From Heterodontus francisci (taxonomy: Eukaryota), in contig NC_090389.1 of assembly GCF_036365525.1 (NCBI RefSeq), positions 36,082,973 through 36,146,972 on the forward strand: a DNA stretch of 64,000 bases, read 5' to 3'. The number at the start of each line of letters is the position of its first letter. Within the stretch, counting starts at the first letter, position 1. The notes under the pieces were generated by a model that ran no database searches, had not been told where the DNA came from, and saw nothing but the letters and a program-made list of their open reading frames with translations. The position numbers and the translations under genes are program-made. This document shows, one piece after another, positions 61,661 through 64,000 of this stretch.

Positions 61661-64000
61661 AGGCGGTGGCGTAGTGGTATTATCACTGGACTAGTAACCC
61701 AGAGACCCAGGGTATTCCTCTGGGGACATGGGTTCAAATCCCACCACAGCAGAAGGTGGAATTTGAACTTAATAAAAATCTGGAATTAAAATCTGGAATT
61801 AAAAACTAGTCCAATGATGGCCATGAAACCATTGTCGATTGTTGTAAAAAAACCCATCTGGTTCACTAATGTCCTTTAGGGAAGGAAATCTGTTGTCCTT
61901 ACCTGGTCTGGCCGACATGTGACTCCAGACCCACAGCAATGTGGTTAACTCTTACATGCCCTCTGAAATGGCCCAGCAAGCCACTCAGTTGTACCGAACC
62001 ACGACGAAGTCTATAAAAAGGAATGAAACCGGACGGACCACCCGGCATCGACCTAGGCACCGGAAATGACAACGGCAAACCCAGCCCTGTCGACCCTGCA
62101 AAGTCCTCCTTACTAACATCTGGGGGCTTGTGCCAAAGTTAGGAGAACTGTCCCACAGACTAGTCAAGCAACAGCCTGACATAGTCATACTCACGGAATC
62201 ATACCTAACAGACAATGTCCCAGACACTGCCATCACCATCCCCGGGTACGTCCTGTCCCACCGGCAAGACAGACCCAGCAGAGGTAGTGGCACAGTGGTA
62301 TACAGTAGGGAGGAAGTTGCCCTGGGAGTCCTCAACATCGACTCCGGACCTCATGAAGTCTCATGGCATCAGGTTAAATATGGGCAAGGTAACCTCCTAC
62401 TGATTACCACCTACCGCCCTCCCTCAGCTGATGACTCAGTACTCCTCCATGTTGAGCACCACTTGGAGGAAGCACTGATGGTGACAAGGGCACAAAATGT
62501 ACTCTGGGTGGGGGACTTCAATGTCCATTACCATGAGTGGCTCGGTAGCACCACTACTGACCGAGCTGGCCGAGTCCTAAAGGACATGGCTGCTAGACTG
62601 GGTCTGCGGCAGGTGGTGGGGGAACCAACACGAGGGAAGAACATGCTCGACCTCGTCCTCAACAATCTGCCTGCCGCGGATGCATCTGTCCATGACAGTA
62701 TTGGTAGGAGTGACCACCGCACAGTCCTTGTGGAGACGAAGTCCCGCCTTCACATTGAGGATACCGTCCATCGTGTTGTGTGGCACTATCACCGTGCTGA
62801 ATGGGATAGATTTCGAACGGATCTAGCAATGCAAAACTGGGCATCCATGAGGCGCTGTGGGCCATCAGCAGCAGCAGAATTGTACTCAACCACAATCTGT
62901 AACCTCATGGCCCGGCATATCCCCCACTCTACCATTACCATCAAGCCAGAAGACCAACCCTGGTTCAATAAAGAGTGCAGGAGGGCATGCCAGGAGCAGC
63001 ACCAGGCATACCTCAAAATGAGGTGTCAATCTGGTGAAGCTACAACACAGGACTATCTGCGTGCCAAACTGCGTAAGCAGCATGCGATAGACAGAGCTAA
63101 GCGATCCCATAACCAACGGATCAGATCGAAGCTCTGCAATCCTGCCACATCCAGCCGTGAATGGTGGTGGACAATTAAACAACTAACTGGAGGAGGTGGC
63201 TCCACAAATATCCCCATCCTCAATGATGGGGGAGCCCAGCACATCAGTGCAAAAGATAAGGCTGAAGCATTTGCAACAATCTTCAGCCAGAAGTGCCGAG
63301 TTTATGATCCATCTCGGCCTCCTCCTGAAGTCCCCAGCATCACAGATGCCAAACTTCAGCCAATTCGATTCACTCCACGTGATATCAAGAAACGACTGAA
63401 GGCACTGGATACTGCAAAAGCTATGGGCCCTGACAATATTCCGGCAATAGTACTGAAGACCAATGCTCCAGAACTTGCTGCACCCCTAGCCAAGCTGTTC
63501 CAGTACAGCTACAACACTGGCATCTACCCTGCAATGTGGAAAATTGCCCAGGTATGTCCTGTACACAAAAAGCAGGACAAATCCAACACAGCCAACTACC
63601 GCCCCATTAGCCTATTCTTAATCATCAGTAAAGTGATGGAAGGTGTCATCAACAGTGCCATCAAGCGGCACTTGCTTAGCAACAACCTGCTCAGTGATGC
63701 TCAGTTTGGGTTCCGCCAGGGCCACTCAGCTCCTGACCTCATTACAGCCTTGGTTCAAACATGGACAAAAGAGCTGAACTCAAGAGGTGAGGTGAGAGTG
63801 ACTGCCCTTGACATCAAGGCAGCATTTGACCGAGTATGGCATCAAGGAGCCCTAGCAAAACTGAGGTCAATGGGAATCAGGGGGAAAACCCTCCGCTGGC
63901 TGGAGTCATACCTAGCGCAAAGGAAGATGGTTGTTGGAGGTCAATCATCTGAGCTCCAGGACATCACTGCAGGAGTACCTCAGGGTAGTGTCCTAGGCCC
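61661..64000 (+). mobile_element. CR1/L2-group LINE with tRNA-like 5' head and a single APE+RT ORF (runs off the window)
   Basis: A box 61667-61677 and B box 61731-61741. Frame from ATG 61968 has one TGA at 62067, then KVLLTNIWGL, ILTESYL, YRPPS, GDFN, SDH, NYRPISL and GVPQGSVLG through to 64000. Confidence 0.9.

Noticed and set aside
36350-64000. Next contactin exon (PEV.P.NVSGGGG..ELVITW-like)
   Set aside because: Not found in the non-repeat stretches; presumably downstream of the window.

Overview
Eukaryotic vertebrate genomic DNA, most likely a shark or other chondrichthyan (inferred from an HE1-type V-SINE, Deu-domain SINEs, and abundant CR1, L2, RTE and Penelope copies). The window appears to lie inside one large + strand contactin gene (CNTN3/4-like). 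I found only two coding exons (32156-32314 and 36200-36349), which together encode one fibronectin type III domain. The rest is intron packed with nested transposons, plus one 155-N assembly gap. The most notable signals are: (1) a U_UUA_AAC slippery heptamer at the ORF1/ORF2 junction of a young CR1 whose ORF2 has no upstream AUG, suggesting -1 ribosomal frameshifting; (2) minimal type I hammerhead ribozymes in Penelope termini, from two families, with one intact copy and several copies truncated at the ribozyme; (3) a single-ORF CR1-group LINE that starts with a tRNA-like Pol III head; (4) near-identical inverted CR1 copies bracketing the two exons, whose back-spliced circle would be a 309-nt stop-free frame. 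All calls were made by eye. Repeat boundaries are approximate unless a TSD or TIR is quoted.
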